From Synechococcus sp. (GTDB taxonomy: Bacteria > Cyanobacteriota > Cyanobacteriia > PCC-6307 > Cyanobiaceae): a stretch of DNA of 64,000 bases. The stretch is from NCBI GenBank assembly GCA_047285805.1, contig JBJBCN010000002.1, positions 288,001 through 352,000 of the forward strand. Reading direction: 5' to 3'. A program made the translations under genes and the position numbers. Of this stretch, positions 8,053 through 17,190 are shown in pieces (positions within the stretch are counted from its first letter, which is position 1; the number at the start of each line of letters is the position of its first letter). A model generated the notes under the pieces. That model had not been told where the DNA came from, did not search any database, and saw nothing but the letters and a program-made list of their open reading frames with translations.

Positions 8053-8598
8053 AAACCTCTCCGTGGCTATCTCTGGTCTAGCCCTGACTGGAAGCTTGTG
8101 CAGGGGGCGCCTTAACCGCAGCAGCCACCTTGGTGCAGGGGAACGACCGTTACGCCTCCAAAAACCGCGGGATCCATGAGGACACGCACTTGAAACCCTC
8201 CATTGGGATCTGCGGCAATCTCAATGGTCAATGCAACCAACTACTGACCATCCGCCTTTGAGTAGTTGAGGAGGTCAACTCGCTGAAGCTCCTTGGTTGT
8301 TGCCATCACCATTGGATCTATCGTTGGCTCAAGAATGCTTCAGCGCCTCCCCTGCGCACGAGTGTTGCTGCTGGCACCAAACTCGAGCAGTGCATCAGTT
8401 CCCTGATGGCATCCGAGTGCTGCAGTCGATCGAAATCTCCGTCAGACACTCTGAAAGTTTCGCTGCGATGCAGGACGCGATCGCCTGACTCTCTTGAAGG
8501 AGACTGGTTTTTCAGTGCATGAGGCAGCCTTCGGGTCGCCTTTTCTCTTGCCCCTTGGCATCCACCATGGGCATTCTGGCTGCAGCCGCTTATAGGCC

Positions 8599-8799
8599 TT
8601 GCTTCGTCTGCTCATCGGGATCGGAGTCACCCTGCTTCCTCTGCAGTTGTGGTCGCACCCAAAGGGCATGTATCCATCACAAGCGGCAGCGGCTAAGAGA
8701 GCTCAAGAGCTTGGATGCGAAGGAACTCATAAGAATGAAGGGAAATGGATGCCATGCCTTGACGAGGCCTCGCTCCACCAAGCATTGCGAAAACAGTGA
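8599..8799 (+). CDS. DUF3721-like small secreted protein
   Basis: Signal-like N-terminus; AKRAQELGCEGTHKNEGKWMPC motif. Confidence 0.75.
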   Translation: MLRLLIGIGVTLLPLQLWSHPKGMYPSQAAAAKRAQELGCEGTHKNEGKWMPCLDEASLHQALRKQ

Positions 8800-9062
8800 A
8801 TCTTCGACGCACCCATCGACTGATCGTGCCTGTAGCAGCCGTACCACTACTTGTCACTTCCCTTTCAGGCTCGGTCTACAGCGGCTTGCTTGATCAAGGA
8901 ATCGATGCCTTCTGGCTGTTAAAGCTGCATACCGGCCGGTTCGGACCAATTAATTTGCAGCCCTACTACTCAGTGATTCTTGGCCTATTGACAATTGCAT
9001 TGATTGTCTCTGGTGTATCACTGTTGCTGCCTAAGCGAAGAAGTCCAAGAAGTTCTCAGTAG
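8796..9062 (+). CDS. PepSY-associated TM-helix small membrane protein
   Basis: LRRTHR..PLLVTSLSG..WLLKLHTG pattern; GTGA overlap with upstream gene. Confidence 0.75.
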   Translation: MNLRRTHRLIVPVAAVPLLVTSLSGSVYSGLLDQGIDAFWLLKLHTGRFGPINLQPYYSVILGLLTIALIVSGVSLLLPKRRSPRSSQ

Positions 9063-9186
9063 GCGAAGTTGGCTTGAGCTCGGTCCTCCTATCCTTGATG
9101 CATGAGGGTGATGCGAAAGCGCAAGGTTTATCTGGCGTAAGCGCAAAACTCCTTAGTCTGGTTTGGACACTGAGATCTAGTTAGTA

Positions 9187-9549
9187 GTGGCCATTAAGAG
9201 CGTTGAAGCGGCAGCAAGATAGCTGGGATAACGGAGTCTCTCCAGCCTTCAGAACATGATGGATGATGGCTGCCTGGATGACTTCATCTCGCTGAATGAG
9301 AGGGGGCATCGGCAGCTAGAGATGAATTGGCTTCGTGAGCGTGTCGCTTAGGTGGTGAACTGGAGTGACTGGAACGTGGTCGCCAAGGAGCGGCTTAACC
9401 GAGTTGATCTGGAGACGATTCTCAGGATTTGGGAATACTGCAATGCGTTGTACGAGCAGTACAGGTGGAAGACACGTCACTTGGCAGCGGAATGGCGACT
9501 GCTTGAGGAGGCAATGCAGAAGGCAAGGCGGGCGGAGGAAATAAACTGA
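9187..9549 (+). pseudogene. degenerate HTH-like DNA-binding protein gene (three in-frame stops)
   Basis: One frame reads VAIKSVEAAAR*LG*RSLSSLQNMMDDG...RERVA*VVNWSDW... Confidence 0.5.
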
Positions 9550-9618
9550 TCGATTGCACGTGGGCTCTTGGACTGACAAATCCTTCAAGAGCTACAACGC
9601 TTGAACTAGCCGTTGAAC

Positions 9619-9918
9619 TCAGTAGTCGTCTCCGTATTTAACCGAAGACGAAGCATCCATCAGCTCGACAGTGGTCTGGTAGCCGCTTTGCACAGTGAAG
9701 TCATGCTGGACGGCAACGTCCTGAAGTGCCTCGACGTCGAGTTCTGGCGCTGTAATCCAGCTGAAGCCCTTGCCAAAGGTGTTGTCTGGGTTGACTACGT
9801 ACCAGTGACAGGCCGTGTCGGGAACAGCAACGGAACACTTCGTCCAGTCGTTGTCCCACTGGGGGACTTGGACAAAGGATAGTGCGGCAAAAACAACGCT
9901 CAAGAAACCGGACAGCAT
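9619..9918 (-). CDS. conserved picocyanobacterial secreted hypothetical protein
   Basis: 99 aa; signal-like N-terminus; QVPQWDNDW..C..C HWY..PDNTFG motif. Confidence 0.8.
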   Translation of the reverse strand: MLSGFLSVVFAALSFVQVPQWDNDWTKCSVAVPDTACHWYVVNPDNTFGKGFSWITAPELDVEALQDVAVQHDFTVQSGYQTTVELMDASSSVKYGDDY

Positions 9919-9930
9919 TCACATATTTCA

Positions 9931-10083
9931 CAGAGGCAAGACCCTAGCGGTTTTTGGGTGATGCAATCACTCCCCAGATCACCCTCCAGTAAAGGGAAGG
10001 CGTGAGGTGGTGCGAAATGTACTTCGCCCCACGTCTCGGACAACGGCGCTTGTGGGATCCGTCTCCAGGGCCGTCATGGCCTT
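9931..10083. repeat. ~150-bp direct repeat, copy 2
   Basis: See copy 1; immediately upstream of the minus-strand gene 9619-9918. Confidence 0.9.
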
Positions 10084-10409
10084 TGTCACCACAGGAGTGC
10101 AAGTCGAACCCAAGGGAGACCCATACGGCGCGCTTTTAGTTCTGTGTGCACGCTTGGTTCATGGCAGTAACCCCGAACAGCCTCCACAACACACCAAGCG
10201 ACGACGACCTCGCACTGCTCTGGCCTAACACCCCCTATGCATGCTGGTTAGGCGAAAAGGCAGCCTGCCGCTGCGCTCTATGCACTGCTCATCGGCGGGT
10301 CCGCTGGGACAGCCAAGAGCATTGACTCCAAGCTGCGTTTTCGCCCAAGGCGGCAACCCTCCCCATCTGGGGGCTATCCCAAAGCGACGCGGCCACTGTT
10401 GAGTGAGGC

Positions 10410-10634
10410 ATGGATCAACTCAGCCCGCATCAACTGAGATCTCTTCGGTTGGATGCGCTTGCCCGTGATCATCAGGTCGTTTTTGATCTGAATGACGGCA
10501 TTACGAACGGGCCCGAAACTTTGGTGAAAGAGCTGATGGATGTAAATGGCTGGCCTGCTCATGAAGCTCTCGACGCTGTTCAACGACTTCAGGAACAAGA
10601 ACTTCTCGACACAACAGACCAAGCAGCCGCTTGA
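10410..10634 (+). CDS. small hypothetical protein
   Basis: GAGG-ATG start, 74 aa, helical composition. Confidence 0.6.
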   Translation: MDQLSPHQLRSLRLDALARDHQVVFDLNDGITNGPETLVKELMDVNGWPAHEALDAVQRLQEQELLDTTDQAAA

Positions 10635-10711
10635 GGCACCTTGACAATTGCCCCTCGCTTTTTTGTATCAGTCAGAGCCATAACCAAGGGGTGCCATGCA
10701 GGCACAGGGAG

Positions 10712-10742
10712 AAAGGGCCGGTTGGTGACCGGCTTTTTTCTT
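10712..10742. terminator. probable bidirectional intrinsic terminator
   Basis: AAGGGCCGG-TTGGTGA-CCGGCTTTTTT. Confidence 0.7.
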
Positions 10743-10950
10743 GCTAGCCAAACAGCTCCCCGACCCACTGCTCAGAAGCGGGGAGTGTTGAGGTGGGGGA
10801 GCTTGGCACTCCCCCGTCTCGGTTCACGGGGTTCTCTCGGACCGTGTCCTCAGCGGTTATGGCCTTGGTGTTGCCGTCAGTGCAAGGGGTTGGCGCATCC
10901 ACTAGGACGAGCCTGGAGGTAAGGACCAACCAGATTCGTGGGACGCACGA
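10712..10950 (-). ncRNA. Yfr6-like structured RNA with short reading frame (tentative)
   Basis: Short frame MVLTSRLVLVDAPTPCTDGNTKAITAEDTVRENPVN followed by three GC hairpins. The resemblance to Yfr6 is from memory and unverified. Confidence 0.45.
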
Positions 10951-11033
10951 ACTTCAGTGTGTCCGCGGCCGTTCAAGCGTGCAACGGCGCATCAGGTATT
11001 GCTGCCGATCCAGCTGCTCGCCTTGAAGGGCTG

Positions 11034-11054
11034 TTTGCCCACGTTTTGCCCACG
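11034..11054. repeat. tandem TTTGCCCACG x2 next to tRNA 3' end (possible integrase arm sites)
   Basis: Exact 10-mers at 11034-11043 and 11045-11054, ~30 bp from the tRNA end. Confidence 0.6.
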
Positions 11055-11082
11055 CTCAAAGGCGTGATCGCTGAGAAATCAA

Positions 11083-11156
11083 TCGGGGCGACAGGATTCG
11101 AACCTGCGACCTAGTGCTCCCAAAGCACCCGCGCTACCAAGCTGCGCCACGCCCCG
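11083..11156 (-). tRNA. trnP: tRNA-Pro(TGG)
   Basis: CGGGGCGTGGCGCAGCTTGGTAGCGCGGGTGCTTTGGGAGCACTAGGTCGCAGGTTCGAATCCTGTCGCCCCGA; cloverleaf, anticodon TGG, no encoded CCA. Confidence 0.98.
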
Positions 11157-11240
11157 TATGTCTGGAGCTTACCGGTCGGTCCGGAGGGCTGGCAGGCCTC
11201 GTCGTCGCCGGTAGAACGCTCCCGCAGTCTTCTGCCCTCC

Positions 11241-11873
11241 ATGGGATCCGGCTTGATTCGCGCTCTCGCTGTTGCCGCTGGTCCGCCCGAGCAGCCCCTG
11301 CGGATTCCAGCCGATATCCATGTCGCCGGTCTGACCTTAGAGCTGGGGATCACCGCCGCGCCGCCCGATTCACCGGCCTTGCCCCTGCGCCCCGGTCAGC
11401 TGATTCGGCTGGTCTATCCCCTAGCGGTCAAGGCCAGCGAAGTCGATTCCTATGGCTGGCGTTACTCCAGTTCCCGCGGCGCATGGCGCATGCACGCCAA
11501 CCAGGATCTTGACGCACCCGCCGGAACGTTCGTGCTGGCCATGCTTCCGGGCCGCGTGGTCCTGGCGGAATCCATCGATGGCTATGGCCTCACCGTGGTG
11601 CTCGACCATGGCCGCAGTTGGCAGAGCATCTATGCCCATCTGCAAAGGGCCAACGTCCGCCCCGGTGACTTTTTGACGGCGGCATCCACCCTGGGCTTGG
11701 TCGGCAAGAGCGGCCGGGCCAGCAGCCCGCACCTCCACGTCGAGCTGCGCCAACGTCAAGGTGAGCACATGCTGGCCTTCGACCCACCCCGGTGCTGGAT
11801 CAGGCCACCCGCCTTCTGTCTTTTTCACCGTCCCCCTTGCCCGAAGCCCGAGTCCAGCCTTGATCACGATTGA
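11241..11873 (+). CDS. M23 family metallopeptidase (probable frameshift near C-terminus)
   Basis: H-x3-D (HANQDL), YAHL and PHLHVE motifs. Confidence 0.85.
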   Translation: MGSGLIRALAVAAGPPEQPLRIPADIHVAGLTLELGITAAPPDSPALPLRPGQLIRLVYPLAVKASEVDSYGWRYSSSRGAWRMHANQDLDAPAGTFVLAMLPGRVVLAESIDGYGLTVVLDHGRSWQSIYAHLQRANVRPGDFLTAASTLGLVGKSGRASSPHLHVELRQRQGEHMLAFDPPRCWIRPPAFCLFHRPPCPKPESSLDHD

Positions 11874-12549
11874 ACGCCCGGGCCTCAAGCTCCGCCATGC
11901 CTCGGCCTGGCTTCAATCACATGGGGTTGGCACAGAAGCCCTGCGTCAGCGCCTACTGCAGGAGGTGCCGTGGGAGCAGCCTCTGGTACGGGTTTATGGC
12001 AAGCAGCACCCCACGCCGCGTCTTACCTGCTGGATGGCCGACCCCGGCTGCAGTTACAGCTACAGCGGCCAGGTGCAGCCGATAACCCCATGGACCGCCT
12101 CGGTGCATGTCCTCCGGGAGCTCTTGGAGCAGCAGCTCGGGATCCGCTTCAACAGCCTGCTGCTCAACCGCTATCGCACCGGAGCCGATCGCATGGGCTG
12201 GCACGCCGATGATGAACCGGAACTCGACAAGGACGCCCCCATCGTCTCCCTGAGCATCGGCGTCCCCCGGGACCTACGGTTTCGACACCGTTCAGGAGGC
12301 GAGGCGCCCTTGACGGTCTGCCTCGATGACGGTGATCTCTTGGTGATGGATCCGCTCACCCAGCTCCACTGGCAGCATGCCCTTCCGGCGCGTGCCCGGG
12401 TCAAGACTGAGCGGATCAACCTCACCTTTCGGCGGATTCAGCCCAGAACCGCGATGCAGTCGATCTCCACCCGCGCGGCCTTGGGCAGTGCGGCCACTTC
12501 GACGCAGGCCCGAGCCGGAGAGACCCCCTCGCCGAAGACCTCGGCATAG
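11860..12549 (+). CDS. alkB: AlkB-like 2OG-Fe(II) dioxygenase
   Basis: LLNRYRTGADRMGWHADDE, WQHALP, RINLTFR; TTG start inferred. Confidence 0.9.
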   Translation: MITIERPGLKLRHASAWLQSHGVGTEALRQRLLQEVPWEQPLVRVYGKQHPTPRLTCWMADPGCSYSYSGQVQPITPWTASVHVLRELLEQQLGIRFNSLLLNRYRTGADRMGWHADDEPELDKDAPIVSLSIGVPRDLRFRHRSGGEAPLTVCLDDGDLLVMDPLTQLHWQHALPARARVKTERINLTFRRIQPRTAMQSISTRAALGSAATSTQARAGETPSPKTSA

Positions 12550-12836
12550 AGCGCGTTCACCTTGGCGAAGTCCCCCAGATCGGCCAGGAAGACCGTGGTG
12601 CGCACCACCTGTTGCGGTGTGCAGCCGGCTTCCTGCAGTACGGCTTTGAGGTTGCTGAGCACCTGCCGGGCTTCGGCTTCCACATCGCCGCCCCCCACCA
12701 TGGAGCCGGTGGCTGGATCCAGTGCGATTTGGCCCGAGCAATAGAGAACCCCACCCGCCTTCACGGCCTGGTTGTAGGGGCCCACCGGTGCTGGAGCCGC
12801 TGCGGTTGTTACCGCCTCAATCGCTGGAAGGGTCAT
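12438..12836 (-). CDS. ridA: RidA (YjgF/YER057c) enamine deaminase
   Basis: APVGPYNQAV, SGQIALDP, PARACVEVAALPK. Confidence 0.95.
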   Translation of the reverse strand: MTLPAIEAVTTAAAPAPVGPYNQAVKAGGVLYCSGQIALDPATGSMVGGGDVEAEARQVLSNLKAVLQEAGCTPQQVVRTTVFLADLGDFAKVNALYAEVFGEGVSPARACVEVAALPKAARVEIDCIAVLG

Positions 12837-12879
12837 TGCACGAGAGGATGTGGCGCCGAGCCTATGGCGAACCCGCTGA

Positions 12880-13980
12880 ATGCCCGCAGAGATTCCCACC
12901 CCTGAACTCCCCCAGGAGCCGCAGGTGGAGCTCAGCGGCCTCTGGCATCGCTACACCGGTCCCGCCTCCAGCGGTGACTGGACGCTGCGGGATATCGATT
13001 TTCAGCTCCAGCCCGGTGAGCTAGTGGGGCTGCTTGGCCCCTCGGGCTGTGGCAAGACCACCCTGCTGCGCTTGATTGCCGGCTTCGAGCAGCCCGAGCG
13101 CGGTTCCGTTTCCATCGGTGGTCGGCCCGTGGCCGGCCACGGGCGCTGGCTGCCGCCCGAGCGCCGCGGGGTGGGCATGGTCTTTCAGGACTACGCCCTC
13201 TTCCCCCACCTCGATGCCTGGCGCAACGCCTGCTTTGGCCTCAAGCGCGGACAGGACACCAGCCGTGCGGCCTGGCTGCTGGAGCTGCTCGGCTTGAAGG
13301 GCCTCGAGCGCCGTTATCCCCATGAACTCTCTGGCGGCCAACGCCAACGGCTGGCCTTGGCCCGCGCCCTGGCCCCAGGCTGCTCATTGGTGCTGCTGGA
13401 TGAGCCCTTCTCCAACCTGGATGTCGAGGTGCGTCTGCGCCTGCGCGCTGAGCTCCCAGGTGTCCTGGCCCGTTGCGGCGCCAGCGGGGTGATCGTCACC
13501 CATGACCCCGAGGAGGCGATGGCGATCTGCGATCGGGTGGCTGTGCTCGAGTCCGGTCACCTGCACCAATGCGCCAGCCCCCGCGAGCTCGTCAACGCTC
13601 CGGCAACCTCCTTTGTGGGTCGTTTTGTCCTCCAGGGCAATCTGCTCCCGGCTCAGGTGCAGGCCGGTTCCTGCGAAACGCCGCTAGGTGTTCTTGATCC
13701 CGTTGATCAAGCCGCGGCTGGATCTGTAAGCGGCTCCGAGGTGCTCGTCAGCCAGCAGGCCATCGAGCTCGTCCCGGACGACGACGCTGAGGCCTGGGTG
13801 GTGGGCCGTGAATACCTCGGGCGCGAGTGGCTCTATCAGGTGCAGCTCAACGAGCTCCGTCTCCGCCTGCGGCTTCCCCTGGATCTCGATTACTCCCGCG
13901 GCCAGCGCTGTCAGCTGCGCCTGCGCTCGGGCGAGTCGGCTCGTCTCTACCCCAGTGGTTCGGCCCTGATCGCCCGCTAG
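12880..13980 (+). CDS. futC: Fe(III) ABC transporter ATP-binding protein (FutC/SfuC type)
   Basis: GPSGCGKT, LSGGQRQR, LLDEPFSNLD, MVFQDYALFPHL. Confidence 0.8.
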   Translation: MPAEIPTPELPQEPQVELSGLWHRYTGPASSGDWTLRDIDFQLQPGELVGLLGPSGCGKTTLLRLIAGFEQPERGSVSIGGRPVAGHGRWLPPERRGVGMVFQDYALFPHLDAWRNACFGLKRGQDTSRAAWLLELLGLKGLERRYPHELSGGQRQRLALARALAPGCSLVLLDEPFSNLDVEVRLRLRAELPGVLARCGASGVIVTHDPEEAMAICDRVAVLESGHLHQCASPRELVNAPATSFVGRFVLQGNLLPAQVQAGSCETPLGVLDPVDQAAAGSVSGSEVLVSQQAIELVPDDDAEAWVVGREYLGREWLYQVQLNELRLRLRLPLDLDYSRGQRCQLRLRSGESARLYPSGSALIAR

Positions 13981-14753
13981 CCACGCCAGAGATCTTTGTG
14001 CCCCCGCAACTGACGCAGGGCGGCGGCGTCCTGGGCCCGCACAAACAGATTGGTGGCCTGCTCCAGAGCAATGCTGCTGGGGATGGTCGGCTCCCCCTCA
14101 CGGCGGAGCTGCTGGACCGCCACGAGACGCTCAGCGATGGCGGTGTTACCCGGTTCCCTCTCGGCGGCCCAGCGCAGATTTCCCTCGGTGTACTCGTGGG
14201 CGCACCACACTCGGGTGTTGGGCCCCAGGGCGCTCAGGATCTGCAGCGAGTTCAGCATCTGCTCGGGCGTGCCCTCAAAGAGGCGTCCGCAGCCCCCAGC
14301 AAAAAGGGTGTCGCCGCAGAAAAGCTCTGCCGCTTCCTTGGATTGGGGTTCCAGTACGTACGCAATGTGGTGGCGCGTGTGGCCCGGCACCTCAAGCACC
14401 CGCAGGTTCCGCCCGAGGAGTTTCAATCGATCGCCCCCCTGGACGCCCTGGGTCTGCAGCGGGATCCGTTCGTGATCTGCTGCACTGGCGATCACCGCAG
14501 CCTGCGGCCAGCGCTGCAGCAACCCCGGTGTCCCGCCAATGTGGTCGTGGTGGTGGTGGGTGTTCAGGATCGCCTCGAGCTCCAGCCCCCGCTCCTCCAG
14601 CCAGGCGATAACGGGCCTGGCCACCGCCGGATCCACCACGGCTGCACCGCTGCCGCAACCGTGCAAGACAAAGACGTAGTTGTCGCTCAGGACCGGGATC
14701 AGCGAAACCGTCGTGGCGGCATGCATCGTTAAAGTCCCGGTTCTGGCTGCCAT
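13977..14753 (-). CDS. gloB: hydroxyacylglutathione hydrolase (glyoxalase II)
   Basis: [33 protein letters not shown]. Confidence 0.95.
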   Translation of the reverse strand: MAARTGTLTMHAATTVSLIPVLSDNYVFVLHGCGSGAAVVDPAVARPVIAWLEERGLELEAILNTHHHHDHIGGTPGLLQRWPQAAVIASAADHERIPLQTQGVQGGDRLKLLGRNLRVLEVPGHTRHHIAYVLEPQSKEAAELFCGDTLFAGGCGRLFEGTPEQMLNSLQILSALGPNTRVWCAHEYTEGNLRWAAEREPGNTAIAERLVAVQQLRREGEPTIPSSIALEQATNLFVRAQDAAALRQLRGHKDLWRG

Positions 14754-14755
14754 CC

Positions 14756-15391
14756 ATGATCACCGTCGCGCTGGCCAAGGGAGCCCTGCTCAAGGACTCG
14801 GTTAGTCGCTTTGCGGCCGCTGGCCTGGATTTCGCGGCGGTGCTGGAGCCCGGTAATCGTCAGCTGATGGTGCCCAGCGTTTGCGGCCGGGCTCGGGCTC
14901 TGCTGGTGCGCAACGCGGATGTGCCGGTCTATGTGGCCTACGGCCAGGCCCAGCTCGGGGTGGTGGGTTACGACGTGTTGAAGGAACACCAGCTGCCGGT
15001 AGCGCAGTTGGTGGACCTCGGGTTTGGCGGTTGCCGGATGAGCGTGGCCGTGAAGGCCTCCAGCCCCTACCGCCGAGCCAGCGACCTGCCAGCCCACTGC
15101 AGGATTGCCAGCAAATTCACCCGCTGCGCTGAGGAGTATTTCGAGGCTTTGGACCTGCCCGTTGAGCTGATCCACCTAGCCGGTTCCGTCGAACTGGGGC
15201 CGATCACGGGCATGAGCGAAGCCATCGTTGACCTGGTGGCCACCGGCCGCACCCTCGAAGAGAACGGCCTGATCTCCATCGAAGATCTCTTCCACTCCAC
15301 CGCCCGCCTGGTGGGTCACCCCCTGTCCTTGCGACTGGATTCCGGCGAGATCCAATCGATCGTCGATCAGATCGCCAGCGCAGGCGCCTGA
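14756..15391 (+). CDS. hisG: ATP phosphoribosyltransferase, short form
   Basis: [27 protein letters not shown]. Confidence 0.97.
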   Translation: MITVALAKGALLKDSVSRFAAAGLDFAAVLEPGNRQLMVPSVCGRARALLVRNADVPVYVAYGQAQLGVVGYDVLKEHQLPVAQLVDLGFGGCRMSVAVKASSPYRRASDLPAHCRIASKFTRCAEEYFEALDLPVELIHLAGSVELGPITGMSEAIVDLVATGRTLEENGLISIEDLFHSTARLVGHPLSLRLDSGEIQSIVDQIASAGA

Positions 15392-17190
15392 TGGCCAAGC
15401 ACGACCGTCAGCGGCTGGTGCGTCTGCTGCCCTATCTGGGGCGCGACCGCAAACGCCTGCTGCTAACCCTGGTGCTGCTGATCCCTGTGGCCGGTGCCGC
15501 GGCGGTGCAACCGTTACTGGTGGGTCAGGCCATTTCAGCCCTGCGCCAGGAGCCCGTGCTGGCCTGGCTCGAGCCCATGTCCCTATCGGGCCAGCTGCGC
15601 ACCCTTGTGCTGCTGCTGTTGGTGGCGGTCTTGATCCGCCTCGGCCTTCAAGGGCTGCAGAGCTTCAACGTTCAGGCCGTTGGCCAACGTCTGACCGCGC
15701 GGATTCGCAACGATCTATTCGCCCATGCGATGGATCTCTCCCTGCGCTTCCACGACCGCACGCCGGTCGGCAAGTTGCTGACGCGACTGACCAGTGACGT
15801 CGATGCCCTCGCTGAGGTCTTCGGCAGTGGCGCCGTCGGACTGCTGGCCGACCTGGTCACCCTGCTGGTGATCGCCGGAACGATGGTGGCCATTGAACCG
15901 CGTCTCGCGGTGCTGCTGCTGGCGGTGCAACTGCCTGTCACCTTGACGATGCTCTGGCTGCAGAAGCGCTATCGCAAGGCCAACTACCGCGTCCGGGAGG
16001 AGCTCTCTCAGCTGAATGCGGATCTGCAAGAGAACCTCCAGGGATTGGAGGTGGTTCAGATGTTCCGGCGCGAGTCCCACAACTCCGCCCGCTTTTCCCG
16101 CACCGCGGATGCCTACCGCAGTGCCGTCAACAGTACGATTTTCTACGACTCCTCTATCTCTGCCCTGATCGAGTGGGTCTCCCTCGGGGCGATCTCCCTG
16201 GTGCTGGCCCTGGGGGGCTGGATGGTGACCGCCGGCGCTATGGGCCTTGGCACCCTGACCACCTTCATCCTTTATTCCCAGCGCCTCTTTGACCCCCTGC
16301 GCCAACTGGCTGAGCGCTTCACCCAGATCCAGGGGGGCCTCACAGCCGTCGAGCGGATCGGTGAATTGCTCGAGGAGCCCATTGAGATTCAGGAGCTGCC
16401 CCTCAACCAGCGCTCGGCTGCCGCGATCCTCACGGGCAGTGAGATGAGCAGTGCCGGTGAGGTCGTCTTTGAGAACGTCTCCTTCGCCTACCGACCGGAC
16501 GACCCGATCCTCACCGACCTCTCCTTCCGGATCGCCCCCGGTGAACACGTCGCACTGGTAGGACCGACCGGTTCTGGCAAGACCACGATCATTCGCCTGC
16601 TCTGCCGTCTCTATGAGCCCCAGCAGGGCCGGATCCTGCTGGATGGCGTCGACATCCGCGAGTTGCCGATCCCGACCCTGCGCCAACGCCTGGGGGTGGT
16701 GCTTCAGGACACCTTCCTCTTCAGCGGCAATGTCTCAGATAACCTCCGCCTCGATGGCTCAGTCAGTGATGCCGAGCTGGAGCGCATCTGTTTCGAGCTC
16801 GGACTGGAGCCCCTTCTGGATCGGCTGTCCTCCGGCCTGACCACCGAGCTGCGGGAGCGGGGCAGCAACCTCTCCTCCGGTGAGCGTCAGCTGCTCTCGG
16901 TTGCCCGGGTGGCGATCCGTAACCCCTCGGTCCTGGTCATGGACGAGGCCACGGCCTTTCTCGATCCCTCCACCGAGGCGACCCTGCAGCGTGACCTCGA
17001 CAAGCTTCTGCGCCAGCGCACCGCTATTGTTATTGCCCACCGTCTGGCCACCGTGGAAGCGGCCCACCGGATCCTGGTGCTCCAGCGCGGTCGCCTAATT
17101 GAAGAGGGCACCCATATCGCCCTGCGCGCTGCAGGTGGGCTCTACGCCCAGTTGGCTGAACTGCAGGAGCGCGGCTTGGCGAAGCTCTAG
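15391..17190 (+). CDS. ABC exporter, fused permease/ATPase (MdlB-like)
   Basis: Six-TM domain plus GPTGSGKT, LSSGERQ, MDEATA. Confidence 0.93.
   Translation: MAKHDRQRLVRLLPYLGRDRKRLLLTLVLLIPVAGAAAVQPLLVGQAISALRQEPVLAWLEPMSLSGQLRTLVLLLLVAVLIRLGLQGLQSFNVQAVGQRLTARIRNDLFAHAMDLSLRFHDRTPVGKLLTRLTSDVDALAEVFGSGAVGLLADLVTLLVIAGTMVAIEPRLAVLLLAVQLPVTLTMLWLQKRYRKANYRVREELSQLNADLQENLQGLEVVQMFRRESHNSARFSRTADAYRSAVNSTIFYDSSISALIEWVSLGAISLVLALGGWMVTAGAMGLGTLTTFILYSQRLFDPLRQLAERFTQIQGGLTAVERIGELLEEPIEIQELPLNQRSAAAILTGSEMSSAGEVVFENVSFAYRPDDPILTDLSFRIAPGEHVALVGPTGSGKTTIIRLLCRLYEPQQGRILLDGVDIRELPIPTLRQRLGVVLQDTFLFSGNVSDNLRLDGSVSDAELERICFELGLEPLLDRLSSGLTTELRERGSNLSSGERQLLSVARVAIRNPSVLVMDEATAFLDPSTEATLQRDLDKLLRQRTAIVIAHRLATVEAAHRILVLQRGRLIEEGTHIALRAAGGLYAQLAELQERGLAKL

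Larger units (their letters stand above)
1..11082. mobile_element. tRNA-Pro-anchored genomic island / hypervariable region (left edge beyond window)
   Basis: Visibly lower GC and coding density than the rest of the window; only short ORFs, pseudogenes and duplicated segments; ends at the tRNA-Pro 3' end. No integrase seen in the window. Confidence 0.75.

Noticed and set aside
10780..10830. GACGGGGGAGTGCCAAGCTCCCCCACCTCAAC resembling a tmRNA acceptor/T arm
   Set aside because: No proper T-loop or CCA, no matching 5' tmRNA segment and no tag peptide frame nearby.
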